Source: Desulfocapsa sp. (GTDB lineage Bacteria; Desulfobacterota; Desulfobulbia; Desulfobulbales; Desulfocapsaceae). Taken from it: 64,000 nt of DNA. Location of the stretch: NCBI GenBank assembly GCA_013792135.1, contig VMSP01000124.1, forward strand, positions 16,480-80,479, written 5' to 3'. This document shows positions 27,170-36,835 of the stretch, piece after piece (positions within the stretch are counted from its first letter, which is position 1; every line of letters begins with the position of its first letter). The notes beneath the pieces are model-generated. The model made no database searches. It saw nothing but the letters and a program-made list of their open reading frames with translations, and was not told the origin of the DNA. The translations under genes and the position numbers were made by a program.

Positions 27170-27595
27170 CTGGGGTTGCCAGTTGTATAGGGGGCTGGTC
27201 CGAGAGGTGACCCGGTCATTAGGACAGGTGAGCGACGAGAATAAGGTGGATAGCCTTCATGTTTATGCCGCCAGTTTAAAGATCGGTCCGGCGTAGCCGT
27301 ACCGGGGTCTTTGCCAATATGCCTCATCCGGTGTTTTGTTGTCCGATGGTAAAACGCGAAGAGACTGCCGAAAAACAGATCAATGCTAAACTGTTTTCCG
27401 GCCAGTAATGACAGGCCATTGATTGATTTGCTCATATCGGTCGAGACAAGTGCCACATAGGCCGTCACTTCAGGAGCTCGTCAGCATTGCCGCCCCTCCA
27501 GGACAAGTAATTTTTTCAACACCGTCGGAGAAAAGGTTTCCCCGACGTCAATGGCAAAGCACTTCTCTCATAGCAACAGCAAAATGCAGTTTCTA
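27170..27595 (-). mobile_element. Decayed IS66-family element fragment (tnpA 3' end plus tnpB relic)
   Basis: The minus ORF 27100..27468 contains VALVSTDMSKSINGLSLLAGKQFSIDLFFGSLFAFYHR. This resembles the IS66 Orf2/TnpB core (..TDMRKxxxGLaxLV...dPFsGhLFvFrgRR..) recalled from memory. Upstream reads ..IDVGETFSPTVLKKLLVLEGRQC*, resembling a TnpA C-terminus. No intact transposase; flanked by repeat copies B and C. Confidence 0.5.
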
Positions 27596-27599
27596 TATT

Positions 27600-27745
27600 A
27601 AAAAATGGGGCTCATTGTTTCAATGACCAGAAACTGCTCATCAGCTCACTAGAATATGGGGAGCGATTTTCAGGAGAAAACAAGTTTGGAAATCAAGTAT
27701 GTGAAAAGGAAATTCTGGAGGTAGAAAGTCAAGAAAGGAAAAGTA
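27600..27745. repeat. Copy C of the dispersed repeat (long form)
   Basis: aaaaatggggctcattgtttcaatgaccagaaactgctcatcagctcactagaatatggggagcgattttcaggagaaaacaagtttggaaatcaagtatgtgaaaaggaaattctggaggtagaaagtcaagaaagg. Confidence 0.85.
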
Positions 27746-27771
27746 TTTTGCATGGAAGGGTGGTTGAGAGT

Positions 27772-29448
27772 TTATATTTGATCTTGGACGAACAAGACAA
27801 AACGGTTACGGCCCTGAGCCTTGGCGGCGTACATAGCCATGTCGGCATTTTTTACCAGGTCATTCGCATTGCTAATCTCAGTCGAGGAAAGACAAATACC
27901 GATACTGATCCCTAAGGTGCTCTGGTCTCCACGGATAAGGAATGGCTTACCTATAATGTCCAGAATTTTGGTGGCCACCATTGTGGCTTCACCGGCATCT
28001 TTTATCCTGCTCAGCAGGATGGCGAACTCGTCACCACCAAGCCTGGACACGGTGTCAGAGTCACGCACTGTCTCTTTCAGACGTCTTGCCACTTCTTGCA
28101 GGGCAAGGTCTCCGGTTGGATGACCATACTTGTCATTGAGGGGTTTGAAGTTGTCGAGATCAAGATACAACAGGGCAAAGAGATGGTTATACCGCCTGGC
28201 CTCAGTTATGGTCACGGTCAGGCGGTCAAAAAAGAGATTACGGTTGGGCAGACCGGTGAGTTTGTCAAAATTTGCCAGAAATTCCAGGTTGTCACGTTGT
28301 TCTTTGAGTTCGCTGATATCACGGGCCATACAGGAAATACCTTGCAGGGTGCCGTCAGGAAGATAGATGGGGCTTGCTGAAAACAACACCGGGATGGGCA
28401 GTTCATTATAACCAGTATAAAAGGCCTCAATATTGGCAACGACTTTGCCTTCGAGAAACCCATGGAAGAGGGAATCGACAATGGACTTTTCATCATGGCT
28501 GAAAATAGTCCGGAAGGGACGGCCTTCTAATTCCTCCTTAGAGAAACGCAGGAGACTTAGGGTTGCGTGATTGGTGGTTTGAACAGTCAGGTCGGGGGTT
28601 AAGACAATGAGTGAATCTGACATATTGTTGATAATATTATCAACATAGTTCCGAGAGACAGTTATGAGCTGAAGATCGGAAGTCATTTGCCAGAATGAGC
28701 TTGCCAACTCCTGAATCTCATCTCCTCTTCGACTGCTCTGCGGTTTTTCGATAGTTCTTCCGCGACCAAAATTATCAATCATCAGTTTTAATTTCCCAAG
28801 AGGATCAATAATTTCCCTATTTGCGAGCCAGTTAACCACCACAATAGCTATAAGGAGAGACAGGGTAAAAACGATAGCAAGGAAGCGGGTGAGGAAATCA
28901 ATACGCTGCTTATTTTTCTCAAAATCCTCATTAATAATCTCCTGCAGCCTCCCGGCTACTTCTTTAAAGTCGACAGAAAGGCTTGCCTGTAGTTTTCCAA
29001 GCTGATGTATCTCGTTACGGAAGGCAAAGATATCATTCTTTTGCACCGCCTCTAAGTAATACTGAGAGGCCATAACGTAATAATTGTTGTATTCATCCCG
29101 TAAGGAAAGGATGCGAGGAGATAAATCATTATTATTATTGATATCAGACAATTGTACCATCTCATCCAGCAGGGGAGCTATCTGGTTATGAAGGATATTG
29201 GCCTGGTGTACCTCTACCTGCTCACCGGCGAGGAGGCCGTTTTCATACTCTTGACTCTGGGTGTTAAACAGGCTGTTAGCAAGATCCCCTTTAGAAAGGA
29301 GAGGCAGATCGATCCTTTGTGCGTGAGTGATGAAAATTTTAGTCTCGTTATTCACCCAGGTGGTAGCCAGAGTGGCAGCAAGATAACTCAGGAGGGCCAC
29401 GCTTCCACAGGCCCAAATTTTACAGCGAATACTGCAGAGGATATTCAT
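27772..29448 (-). CDS. Membrane-bound diguanylate cyclase (periplasmic helical sensor, HAMP, PAS, GGDEF)
   Basis: Two TM segments. HAMP-like linker. PAS region (LIVLTPDLTVQTTNHA...). GGDEF domain with RLGGDEFAILL and the DxLTGLPNR lead-in. Confidence 0.92.
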   Translation of the reverse strand: MNILCSIRCKIWACGSVALLSYLAATLATTWVNNETKIFITHAQRIDLPLLSKGDLANSLFNTQSQEYENGLLAGEQVEVHQANILHNQIAPLLDEMVQLSDINNNNDLSPRILSLRDEYNNYYVMASQYYLEAVQKNDIFAFRNEIHQLGKLQASLSVDFKEVAGRLQEIINEDFEKNKQRIDFLTRFLAIVFTLSLLIAIVVVNWLANREIIDPLGKLKLMIDNFGRGRTIEKPQSSRRGDEIQELASSFWQMTSDLQLITVSRNYVDNIINNMSDSLIVLTPDLTVQTTNHATLSLLRFSKEELEGRPFRTIFSHDEKSIVDSLFHGFLEGKVVANIEAFYTGYNELPIPVLFSASPIYLPDGTLQGISCMARDISELKEQRDNLEFLANFDKLTGLPNRNLFFDRLTVTITEARRYNHLFALLYLDLDNFKPLNDKYGHPTGDLALQEVARRLKETVRDSDTVSRLGGDEFAILLSRIKDAGEATMVATKILDIIGKPFLIRGDQSTLGISIGICLSSTEISNANDLVKNADMAMYAAKAQGRNRFVLFVQDQI

Positions 29449-29456
29449 GCCAAGAC

Positions 29457-29903
29457 CTACTGGAGAATTGAGACAACCTTTACTGCCTGAGTTACCGCAT
29501 CAGGGCTGACATAGCTGATGCCACCCACGTGCTCACCCACAAATGCAACAACATCTTTGTCCGTTTTGAGTGTGGGGGGCGGCATACCCTGGCCGCGAAA
29601 CAACATTTGCTTGCGGAAGACTAAAAACTGCTGTGATGATCGTCTCAGGACGGTATGGCTGAAAGAATCATAAATCTTTGGATTTTCGTTAATCACCACA
29701 CTAATATTTTTTCCATCAGGCCAGCTTCGTTGTTTGTTCAAGAAAATGAGTTCTGCATCTTTGCGGTTGATGGTGGTCACCTCATTATCAGCATTGACCA
29801 CCATCACAAAATCACCCTGTGGCTCTGCACCCCCTGCCCCTACGGCAAAAAGCCATATAACCAGAATAAGGCCACCTGTTCTCTTATTCAGCGTTATCAT
29901 CAT
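29457..29903 (-). CDS. Small periplasmic protein resembling one lobe of a PstS-type substrate-binding protein
   Basis: Signal peptide. DFVMVVNADNEVTTINRKDAELIFLNKQRSWPDGKNISVV...GGISYV resembles the (ivvn..n....l....l..if.Gk...W.dG..i) pattern of phosphate-binding-like PBPs. Only ~125 aa mature. Paralogue at 34868..35293. Confidence 0.7.
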   Translation of the reverse strand: MMITLNKRTGGLILVIWLFAVGAGGAEPQGDFVMVVNADNEVTTINRKDAELIFLNKQRSWPDGKNISVVINENPKIYDSFSHTVLRRSSQQFLVFRKQMLFRGQGMPPPTLKTDKDVVAFVGEHVGGISYVSPDAVTQAVKVVSILQ

Positions 29904-29905
29904 GA

Positions 29906-31111
29906 TTAGAAATTAAAAGAGAGTTTCAGAGTACCATACTGCCAGTATCGCTCAGCTCCCTGTGGATTGAAATACCCCGAGTAGAGGGCAGTACCATCTA
30001 CGGTATGCCATTCGGCCTTAAAGGTCCAATTCTCAGTAATATCATAACGCAGAGATACGGCCAGGTCCTTGCGCCAGGGGTAGGGGTTCAGGGATGTTGA
30101 TTCATAATGATTGTTTTTAAGTCGGAAATACTCATCATAGAGCAGGGAAAGGGTCAATACTTGAGTGGGGGAGTAGCTCAGGAGCATATACCAGGCTTGG
30201 GAAGGGGTATCCAATGTCGTGACATGGAACTGCTCCTGCCGGCGGTCAGTCTCACAATATTCGGTAGTAAAACTAAATTTTTTCCAGGAATATTCGAGAG
30301 AGGCGACAATCTTGCTTTTTATTCGCAGGCTGCTCACCTGGTATTCATTGAGCCACGAGTCGTCATCCAAAACCAACAAAGTCAAGGACCCGCGTAGTCC
30401 TTTAAGTGAGGGATTAAAAAACAGGGCAGCACCATAGACATAATTATTTTGTCGATCCAGATCCTCGGTGCTGAGAAACAACGAATATTGTTGATTGTAA
30501 CGGTTAACAAACTCTGTGGAAGCAAGGGTAGCCAGAGAATCATCTTCATACTGAATACGGCCGCCAAAGAGCTGGTAATCGATGTCCCCCCATTTACTCA
30601 AGAACAGATTGCCATACATATCACCGCCCCAAAGGGACTGCCAGGAATCACGAAGGGTCTCGTCATAAATGGATTGAGGAAGAAAGATGAGAGGACGCAG
30701 GAAGTCAGAATCACGCTCCATATTATAAAGGCCCATGGGCATCTTTACCTTGCCCAGCCTTACCCCAAAGGGGTCGGAAAAATGATAATCGGCCACCAGC
30801 CAGTCGGCGCGGACTTTATCTGTGCTTGCTGCCGGTAAATTACAATAAAGGGCCTGCCCGCCCAAACGAAATTTATCTGTAAGCTGGGCATTGATATTGA
30901 TGCCTATTTCCGTGAGCCGAAAGGTGCCATCCATGGTATCCCCGAGAAAATTATTCTCTACGCTCTCCATGTATCCCTGGGTCAAAAAGCCGTGCAACTG
31001 CACCTTGTTACCAGCTAAATCTATGGCCCAGAGTGATGTCGGCAACAACAGACAGAAAATGGTCGTAAGGAATAAAATCTGTGACCTTGCAGATGGAAAA
31101 AAAGAAGACAT
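29906..31111 (-). CDS. Outer-membrane beta-barrel protein (401 aa), paralogue of the 35304..36518 product
   Basis: Signal peptide. C-terminal ...GTLKLSFNF OMP signature. Shared block VADYHFSDPFGVRLGKVKMPMGLYNMERDSDFLRPLIFLPQSIYDE. The start overlaps the regulator stop by 1 nt. Confidence 0.75.
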   Translation of the reverse strand: MSSFFPSARSQILFLTTIFCLLLPTSLWAIDLAGNKVQLHGFLTQGYMESVENNFLGDTMDGTFRLTEIGININAQLTDKFRLGGQALYCNLPAASTDKVRADWLVADYHFSDPFGVRLGKVKMPMGLYNMERDSDFLRPLIFLPQSIYDETLRDSWQSLWGGDMYGNLFLSKWGDIDYQLFGGRIQYEDDSLATLASTEFVNRYNQQYSLFLSTEDLDRQNNYVYGAALFFNPSLKGLRGSLTLLVLDDDSWLNEYQVSSLRIKSKIVASLEYSWKKFSFTTEYCETDRRQEQFHVTTLDTPSQAWYMLLSYSPTQVLTLSLLYDEYFRLKNNHYESTSLNPYPWRKDLAVSLRYDITENWTFKAEWHTVDGTALYSGYFNPQGAERYWQYGTLKLSFNF

Positions 31112-32457
31112 CAGGATTCAGCTCGCTTTAAGTTATAATCAGTGATTTTTTTGCGGAGAGTGGTGGGTGAGACATCCAGGGTGAGAGCGGTATGGGTAAT
31201 ATTCCAGTTATGCTCAGCGAGTGCCTGGCGTATATATTTTCTTTCGGTGGCTGCCAAGGTGCCGGTTGCCGGACGGGCTGCCTGCTCCTGATTGTCATTC
31301 TGCCGCATGTTCAGGTCCTCGGCATCGATCTCCTTACCATGGGCCAGAACCATGGCCCGAGTCAGGGTGTTTTCGAGTTCACGGACGTTGCCGGGCCAAT
31401 TTCCAGCCCGCAGTTTCAGACGACCGGCAGTGCTGAGACGCAATGGTTGACGCCCCATCTTATAGGCAATTTTGGCAAGAAGATACTCGGCAAGATGGTC
31501 GATGTCACCCCGTCGCTCGCGTAGGGGGGGGACTTCAATGCTCACCACATTAAGCCGGTAAAAGAGATCCTGCCGGAAGGTCCCTTTACCCACCATTTCC
31601 TGAAGATTGCGGTGGGTTGCCGCCACAATCCGAGCCTCAAAAATCATGGTTTTGAGCCCTCCCACCCGGACAAATTCATCCTCCTGGAGAACCCGCAGCA
31701 GTTTACTCTGCAGATCTAGAGACATATCACCAATTTCATCGAGAAAAACCGTACCCTTACCAGCAAATTCCAGCTTCCCTTTCTTGACCTGATCCGCACC
31801 GGTAAAGGCCCCTTTCTCATAGCCGAAAAGTTCGCTTTCAAGGAGAGTGGAGACAAAAGCTGAACAGTTGATAGCAACAAATGGTTGATCGGGGGCTGAG
31901 GCCTCATGGAGAATATTGGCCACCAACTCTTTACCGGTGCCGGACTCCCCTGTAACAAGTACCGTTACTCTGCTGCGAGCCAGGAGACCGATCTGCTTAT
32001 GGATATCAATAATCTTCCGATCAGAACCAATCATTTGCAAAGGGACTACTTTGGGAAGAGGCACTTCTTGGTCATTATCAGCGGAAACATTTTTCCCCTT
32101 TAGCGATTCCACCTTGACCGTCATCTGTAATAGTTCGTCAAGGTCCAATGGCTTTCGTAGATAGTCAAAGGCACCGTCACGCATGGCATCAACGGCCTCA
32201 CTATTTTCCGTATTCCCGGTCATAATGACCACTGTCACGCCGGGCAGATTGGTGAAAATACCAGGCAACGCTTTCAGGCCGTGCTCATCAGGAAGATTAA
32301 GATCCAATAATACCAAGTCGGGGAGCAACTCTCCCAGAGCCGTCATGCCGTCCGAGACATTATGGGCCACGACGACTTGATGACCTTCTGCCTTGAGTTG
32401 AATTTCCAGAGATCTGGCCAAGGCCTGATCGTCATCGATGATAAGAATTTTAATCAT
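31111..32457 (-). CDS. Sigma54-dependent response regulator (NtrC family: REC, AAA+, Fis-type HTH)
   Basis: REC (KILIIDDD..., [14 protein letters not shown]). Walker [17 protein letters not shown] sigma54-contact loop. C-terminal [23 protein letters not shown]. Confidence 0.95.
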   Translation of the reverse strand: MIKILIIDDDQALARSLEIQLKAEGHQVVVAHNVSDGMTALGELLPDLVLLDLNLPDEHGLKALPGIFTNLPGVTVVIMTGNTENSEAVDAMRDGAFDYLRKPLDLDELLQMTVKVESLKGKNVSADNDQEVPLPKVVPLQMIGSDRKIIDIHKQIGLLARSRVTVLVTGESGTGKELVANILHEASAPDQPFVAINCSAFVSTLLESELFGYEKGAFTGADQVKKGKLEFAGKGTVFLDEIGDMSLDLQSKLLRVLQEDEFVRVGGLKTMIFEARIVAATHRNLQEMVGKGTFRQDLFYRLNVVSIEVPPLRERRGDIDHLAEYLLAKIAYKMGRQPLRLSTAGRLKLRAGNWPGNVRELENTLTRAMVLAHGKEIDAEDLNMRQNDNQEQAARPATGTLAATERKYIRQALAEHNWNITHTALTLDVSPTTLRKKITDYNLKRAES

Positions 32458-32463
32458 TACCCC

Positions 32464-34221
32464 TTAATCCTTAAAAATAAGTGAAAAGCTTGCCCCCCCA
32501 TCGGGATTGTTTGCAGCAAGAACCGATCCACCCTGGTAGTCCATTATTTTTTTCACATTTGCCAGCCCAAGACCTGTACCCAATGGACGGGTAGTGAAAA
32601 AAGGCTGAAACACTCTTTCCATCTGTTCCGGTCGCAAGCCAGGTCCTGAATCAGCTACTTTAATCAATGCCACCCCTTCGTTTCCAGTAGGACGCCTGCC
32701 GCTTATGGTGACAACGCTGCCGGGTTCAGACCACTGGATGGCATTGCCCACCAGATTAATCAAGGCTCGGCAAGTGCTTTCCTTATCAGCTTGGAAAAGG
32801 AAATCCTGGAGTTTGTCTTCCACTCGAAGGTCTACATTCTTCTTTTCTGCTTCAGGCTTTACAGTGGTTAAAAACTCATCCATCAGCTTAGCAAAAGTGA
32901 TTGATTCCATGTGAATTTCAATGGGCTTGCTGAACTGGAGTAGATCCTCAAACATTCCGTCAAGGCGACTGACCTGTATAAGCGAAATAGTTGCCATCTC
33001 GCTATAATCTTTGTCATCCCGGAGCTTTCTGGCGATGGCTTGAAGGTTGATCTTAATAGACGAGAGAGGGTTGCGCATCTCATGCACCAGGCTTGAACTC
33101 ATCTTGCCTATCGTGCTGAGGGTGGTGCTTTGGATGATAATTTGCTGCTGTTTTTCCAAAGCATTCATCATGGCATTAAAAGCCAGGCCCACCTCCTGGG
33201 CATATTCTTCTTTAAAAGGAGGCATCCGCTCATTGTGTTGGCCGGCACTAATTTGTCGGGCGACCCTTGTGAGCTCATCAAGAGGGGCAGAGAGACGTTT
33301 TGAAAGTTTTTGGGATAGAAACACAAGTATTATAAAGGTGAGGACGGCCGTGACTAAACCATAAAGGATATACTTCTCAAATTGCTGGAGAGTACTACCG
33401 GTTTCAAACTGACTGATGAGAAGCCATTTAAATTCTGCGATAGGAACAGTGATGAAGTAGTTCTCGGTTCCACAATTCTTGATTTTATGTACTTCCCGGG
33501 GAGGACTGGTCAGTATCTGCGAGGGGACAATATCCGAAACGCACTGTTCAGCGGGGGACCTTTTCTGGTCAGTAACCGAAATTTGATAGAGAATTTTACC
33601 TTTTTCAGAGGCAAGAATGTAGCTGCCTCCGGAGTTGAGATCAGATGCGTCAGCGAGAATAGGACCCAAAGAACGGTTAAGATTGATTTCGGCAACCAAA
33701 AAGGCTCCGATTTTACCCTGCGGGTTCAGCAGTCCCTGACCCACCGGCAGGATGACCTCCTTACCAACATTGCGATAATCATCATCAACAACAAACAGAG
33801 ACCCAGGGGTCTGGAGTTTTGCACGATACGTCTTTGAAGGAGATTGGACCTCATCCTTGAAGTCTTGGGGATAGCGAATGAGCAATGACCAGTCAGGTCG
33901 GTAGAGACTAATGGAGCGATAGGTGAGATGGCCAATGAAAAGTTTCCGGGCCGTTTGAAGAAATATCTCTTCGTCGCTCAGGTTTTTCTTGTCACTATTA
34001 TCCAAGGCCAGGTGATAAAAATCCCGGCGGGTATGGTTTACCCAGGTTCGTAGCCAGAGCTCGCGGGAGTGCAGGGAAAAGGCGAGATGCTCTTTTTCAA
34101 CATTCTCGATGGTCTGCCGAGCAAAATAGTGGTTTTGAAAGGCCATAACCAACAGAGGGAAAAGTCCGGAGAAGGCCATGGCCAGGAAGATCTGCTTGTT
34201 AAGTCCTGAAGATATTTTCAT
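32464..34221 (-). CDS. Sensor histidine kinase with periplasmic (Cache-like?) domain, HAMP, HisKA, HATPase_c
   Basis: Two TM segments flank a ~250-aa periplasmic region. H-box SSLVHEMRNPLSSI. N/G boxes LINLVGNAIQW, DSGPGL, GTGLGL. Confidence 0.9.
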   Translation of the reverse strand: MKISSGLNKQIFLAMAFSGLFPLLVMAFQNHYFARQTIENVEKEHLAFSLHSRELWLRTWVNHTRRDFYHLALDNSDKKNLSDEEIFLQTARKLFIGHLTYRSISLYRPDWSLLIRYPQDFKDEVQSPSKTYRAKLQTPGSLFVVDDDYRNVGKEVILPVGQGLLNPQGKIGAFLVAEINLNRSLGPILADASDLNSGGSYILASEKGKILYQISVTDQKRSPAEQCVSDIVPSQILTSPPREVHKIKNCGTENYFITVPIAEFKWLLISQFETGSTLQQFEKYILYGLVTAVLTFIILVFLSQKLSKRLSAPLDELTRVARQISAGQHNERMPPFKEEYAQEVGLAFNAMMNALEKQQQIIIQSTTLSTIGKMSSSLVHEMRNPLSSIKINLQAIARKLRDDKDYSEMATISLIQVSRLDGMFEDLLQFSKPIEIHMESITFAKLMDEFLTTVKPEAEKKNVDLRVEDKLQDFLFQADKESTCRALINLVGNAIQWSEPGSVVTISGRRPTGNEGVALIKVADSGPGLRPEQMERVFQPFFTTRPLGTGLGLANVKKIMDYQGGSVLAANNPDGGASFSLIFKD

Positions 34222-34301
34222 AACAGTTCAAAAATCCATTTAATAATCGATCTGTTTTTATTGAACTTTTTTTTATAATATTATTTTTTTAAAACAGTAC
34301 G

Positions 34302-34330
34302 AGGGTATCACCATTGATTTTGATTGTCAA
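34302..34330 (-). promoter_or_regulatory. Candidate sigma70 promoter of the kinase/regulator/barrel/PBP/cyclase operon, inside a conserved 37-nt element
   Basis: Minus strand: TTGACA-17 nt (ATCAAAATCAATGGTGA)-TACCCT, about 75 nt upstream of the ATG at 34221. The 37-nt element 34304-34340 is 33/37 identical to 36785-36821. Confidence 0.45.
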
Positions 34331-34867
34331 TTTAGGGTGCCCTTGACTAAATGCTTCATCACTCTCGCATATCCGGGAGTTTAAACAGGTAATTGCTTAG
34401 TTTTCTATAAAGCCACAATGTTTTATGTTTTAAGTTCAGAACTCGTAAACGGAGGTTCAAGATAGTGCAATTTTGAGAACATTTCATAGGTATGGCAAGC
34501 TCACTCATACCTGTTTGCCTTATTTTAACGTAACTATTCACTATAAAAAAGGAGTTTCAGAGTATTTGTTGCCCGCCATCCTGTTATCCAAGCTATGGAA
34601 CTTTTGGCTCGTTCCCCGGCAAGTTTGTCTCGTGTTGAAAAAAAGAGTTTTAGCTCGGCGTATGTTAAGATTGACATGATAAAACCGATAAAAGCCACAT
34701 TGACGCAGAGCCAGATTTTTTTTGCAGATTGTGTTGATCAGTTTCATCGTTGCCTTGTTGTTTTGGGGGAACCGTTACGAAATAGTCTCTGCATTATTTA
34801 ACATTTCCTTGCGGCTACTTATGCCGTTGCTGATATTCAAACAATCATATTGTTTTATGATAACGGC

Positions 34868-35293
34868 TTATTTCAACTGGATCCCTCTGACCGTATCATC
34901 AAGTTGCAAAATATCTATATAACCAATTGCTGCAGGATTGGCGGCAACTTCATTTTTTACGGACTGATCATCCGGATATTCCTTAGGCAGCATCGCTTTT
35001 CCGGAAAAAAGTTCCTGCAGCCAGTATATCGAAAGCTGACGAGGTGACTTACTCAGAATCTCCAGAACAAAGCCGCGGTGAACATCGCCATCAGTCTGCA
35101 GTAATACGTCTATACCATGGCCGTCGGACCAGAAAATCTTCTTGCCGAGAAAAATATTTTTGACCTCAGACTTGTATAGAGACTCAATCGGATTTTCTTT
35201 GTTCACCACCACCACAAAATCAGCGGCCTCAACGCGGTTGGACAGCAGTGTCAGGAGAAGAAAGAAAAGGGAGAGATGTTTTGACAATATCAT
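34868..35293 (-). CDS. Small periplasmic PBP-lobe-like protein (paralogue of the 29457..29903 product)
   Basis: Signal peptide MILSKHLSLFFLLLTLLSNRVEA. DFVVVVNKENPIESLYKSEVKNIFLGKKIFWSDGHGIDVL...AAIGYI. Confidence 0.7.
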   Translation of the reverse strand: MILSKHLSLFFLLLTLLSNRVEAADFVVVVNKENPIESLYKSEVKNIFLGKKIFWSDGHGIDVLLQTDGDVHRGFVLEILSKSPRQLSIYWLQELFSGKAMLPKEYPDDQSVKNEVAANPAAIGYIDILQLDDTVRGIQLK

Positions 35294-35303
35294 TTCCCCT
35301 CTC

Positions 35304-36518
35304 CTAAAAGTTGAATGAAGTTTTCAGAGCAAAATAGTTCCAGAGCCTTTCAACCCCCTGTGGATTAAAAATCGGCATCTGCAGAGCGGCTCCATCCACC
35401 CAGTGCTGTTCCGCCTTGATAATCCAGCGGTTGTTGATATCCCAACGCAGTACGACGCCAAAATCCTTGCGCCAGCCGAGAAAATCGGGCTGTCCATGGG
35501 TGACTAAATTATTGCCGTCAGGATCATTTTTGTCCGCATAAAAAACATCATAAACTGCTGACAGTGCCAACGGTTCAGAGAGATGGTAGCAAAGCTGGAC
35601 ATAGGCGCCCTGGGAACGGCCGTCAGGGATATCTCTGCCCAGAGCCTCCCTGTCTGAGGTGAATTCTGAGTACTCGACGGCAAATTTCCAGTCAGGCTGA
35701 GCGTATTCCAGTGACAGGACAACAAGATCTTTATTAGTGCCTCTGGCAGCACCATCTTTTGTCCCGACTTTAAAAGCAAAGTCGGTTTGCCCCGTAAAAT
35801 ATGAAACTCCCAGCCGCAGCCCGTCAAGCGGGGGAGAATAAAGCAGAGAGCCGCCATACACATACCTGTTGTCAGCCTCAAAATCAGACACCGGCCCAAG
35901 ACCTCTCTGCCGGGTCATCGTGTTTACCAGATATTCCATGCCTCGCGACTGCCCTGAATCCTCACGGAAATCAATTTTTCCGTAATAGGTCTGATAATCG
36001 AGATTACCCCTGTTGCCGAATGAGAGATTGCCGTAGATGCTGCCCCCCATGGCTGCAACAAGCAGGGATCGCTTGTTTTCGTCGTAGATACTTTGCGGTA
36101 GAAAGGCCATGGGCCGCAGAAAATCGGTGTCGCGGCTTTGATTGTATAAACCAATGGGAAGTTTCACCTTGCCAAGACGCAGGCCAAGCCAGTCCTGAAA
36201 GCGATAGTCTGCAACCGCCCAGTCAAGTAGAACATCGTTGTTTCCTTCTTCTCCCACATCACGGGAAAGAAGTTGAAGGCCTAAGCGCAGGTTGTCGTTT
36301 ACCACCGAGTTAACCGTCAGACCAAATTCGTTCAACTGAAACGAACCATCCAGTGAATTGCTCAGAAAATTGTTGTGGCTACTTTTAATGTAGCCTTGGG
36401 ATAAAAAACCGTTGATACTGAGTTGTTCATTGAAATTATAGGCTTGGCAGGGAGTAATCGTTTGCAGGAAGATGAGTCCGGACAGAAAGATGCAAAAAAC
36501 ACCCTGGTATCGATTCAT
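35304..36518 (-). CDS. Outer-membrane beta-barrel protein (404 aa), paralogue of the 29906..31111 product
   Basis: Signal peptide. C-terminal ...FALKTSFNF. Shared block VADYRFQDWLGLRLGKVKLPIGLYNQSRDTDFLRPMAFLPQSIYDE. Confidence 0.75.
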   Translation of the reverse strand: MNRYQGVFCIFLSGLIFLQTITPCQAYNFNEQLSINGFLSQGYIKSSHNNFLSNSLDGSFQLNEFGLTVNSVVNDNLRLGLQLLSRDVGEEGNNDVLLDWAVADYRFQDWLGLRLGKVKLPIGLYNQSRDTDFLRPMAFLPQSIYDENKRSLLVAAMGGSIYGNLSFGNRGNLDYQTYYGKIDFREDSGQSRGMEYLVNTMTRQRGLGPVSDFEADNRYVYGGSLLYSPPLDGLRLGVSYFTGQTDFAFKVGTKDGAARGTNKDLVVLSLEYAQPDWKFAVEYSEFTSDREALGRDIPDGRSQGAYVQLCYHLSEPLALSAVYDVFYADKNDPDGNNLVTHGQPDFLGWRKDFGVVLRWDINNRWIIKAEQHWVDGAALQMPIFNPQGVERLWNYFALKTSFNF

Positions 36519-36783
36519 GGAACCTCTATAAGATAATATTGCTTTTCAAACCCGTAAAAAGGCAGAAGATTCTTACCCATAAGACTTCTAATCTTTTTAT
36601 GGATTAGCAAAAATTGCACTCTTTTTTATGGTAATTCCAAAAAACATTCAAGTTGACATTGAGTAAGCGAGCCGCGCAGTGCAATCGACGAAGGTGCCAG
36701 CTTGAATGCACATTGGGATAACAATATTTTTGGTAAATTAACCATAAGCAAAGTGAACACTATGGAATTTATTCCTTAGTGTG

Positions 36784-36812
36784 AAGGTATCATCAATGAT
36801 TTTTATTGTCAA
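36784..36812 (-). promoter_or_regulatory. Second copy of the conserved promoter-like element
   Basis: Minus strand: TTGACA-17 nt (ATAAAAATCATTGATGA)-TACCTT, about 265 nt upstream of the barrel gene start at 36518. Confidence 0.4.
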
Positions 36813-36835
36813 TTTAGGATGCAATTAAAAGAGAT

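Noticed and set aside
26667-27745. Repeats in the 26.6-27.7 kb region as a CRISPR array
   Set aside because: The units are 92 bp (tandem, only two) or 110-140 nt (dispersed, irregular spacing). There is no short repeat/spacer periodicity, and no cas genes are in the window.
36680-36700. Possible sigma54 promoter (minus strand CTGGCACCTTCGTCGATTGC) upstream of the barrel gene, attractive because an NtrC-type regulator is nearby
   Set aside because: The spacing between TGGCAC and TTGC is 9 nt instead of 5. The GG-N10-GC rule is not met.
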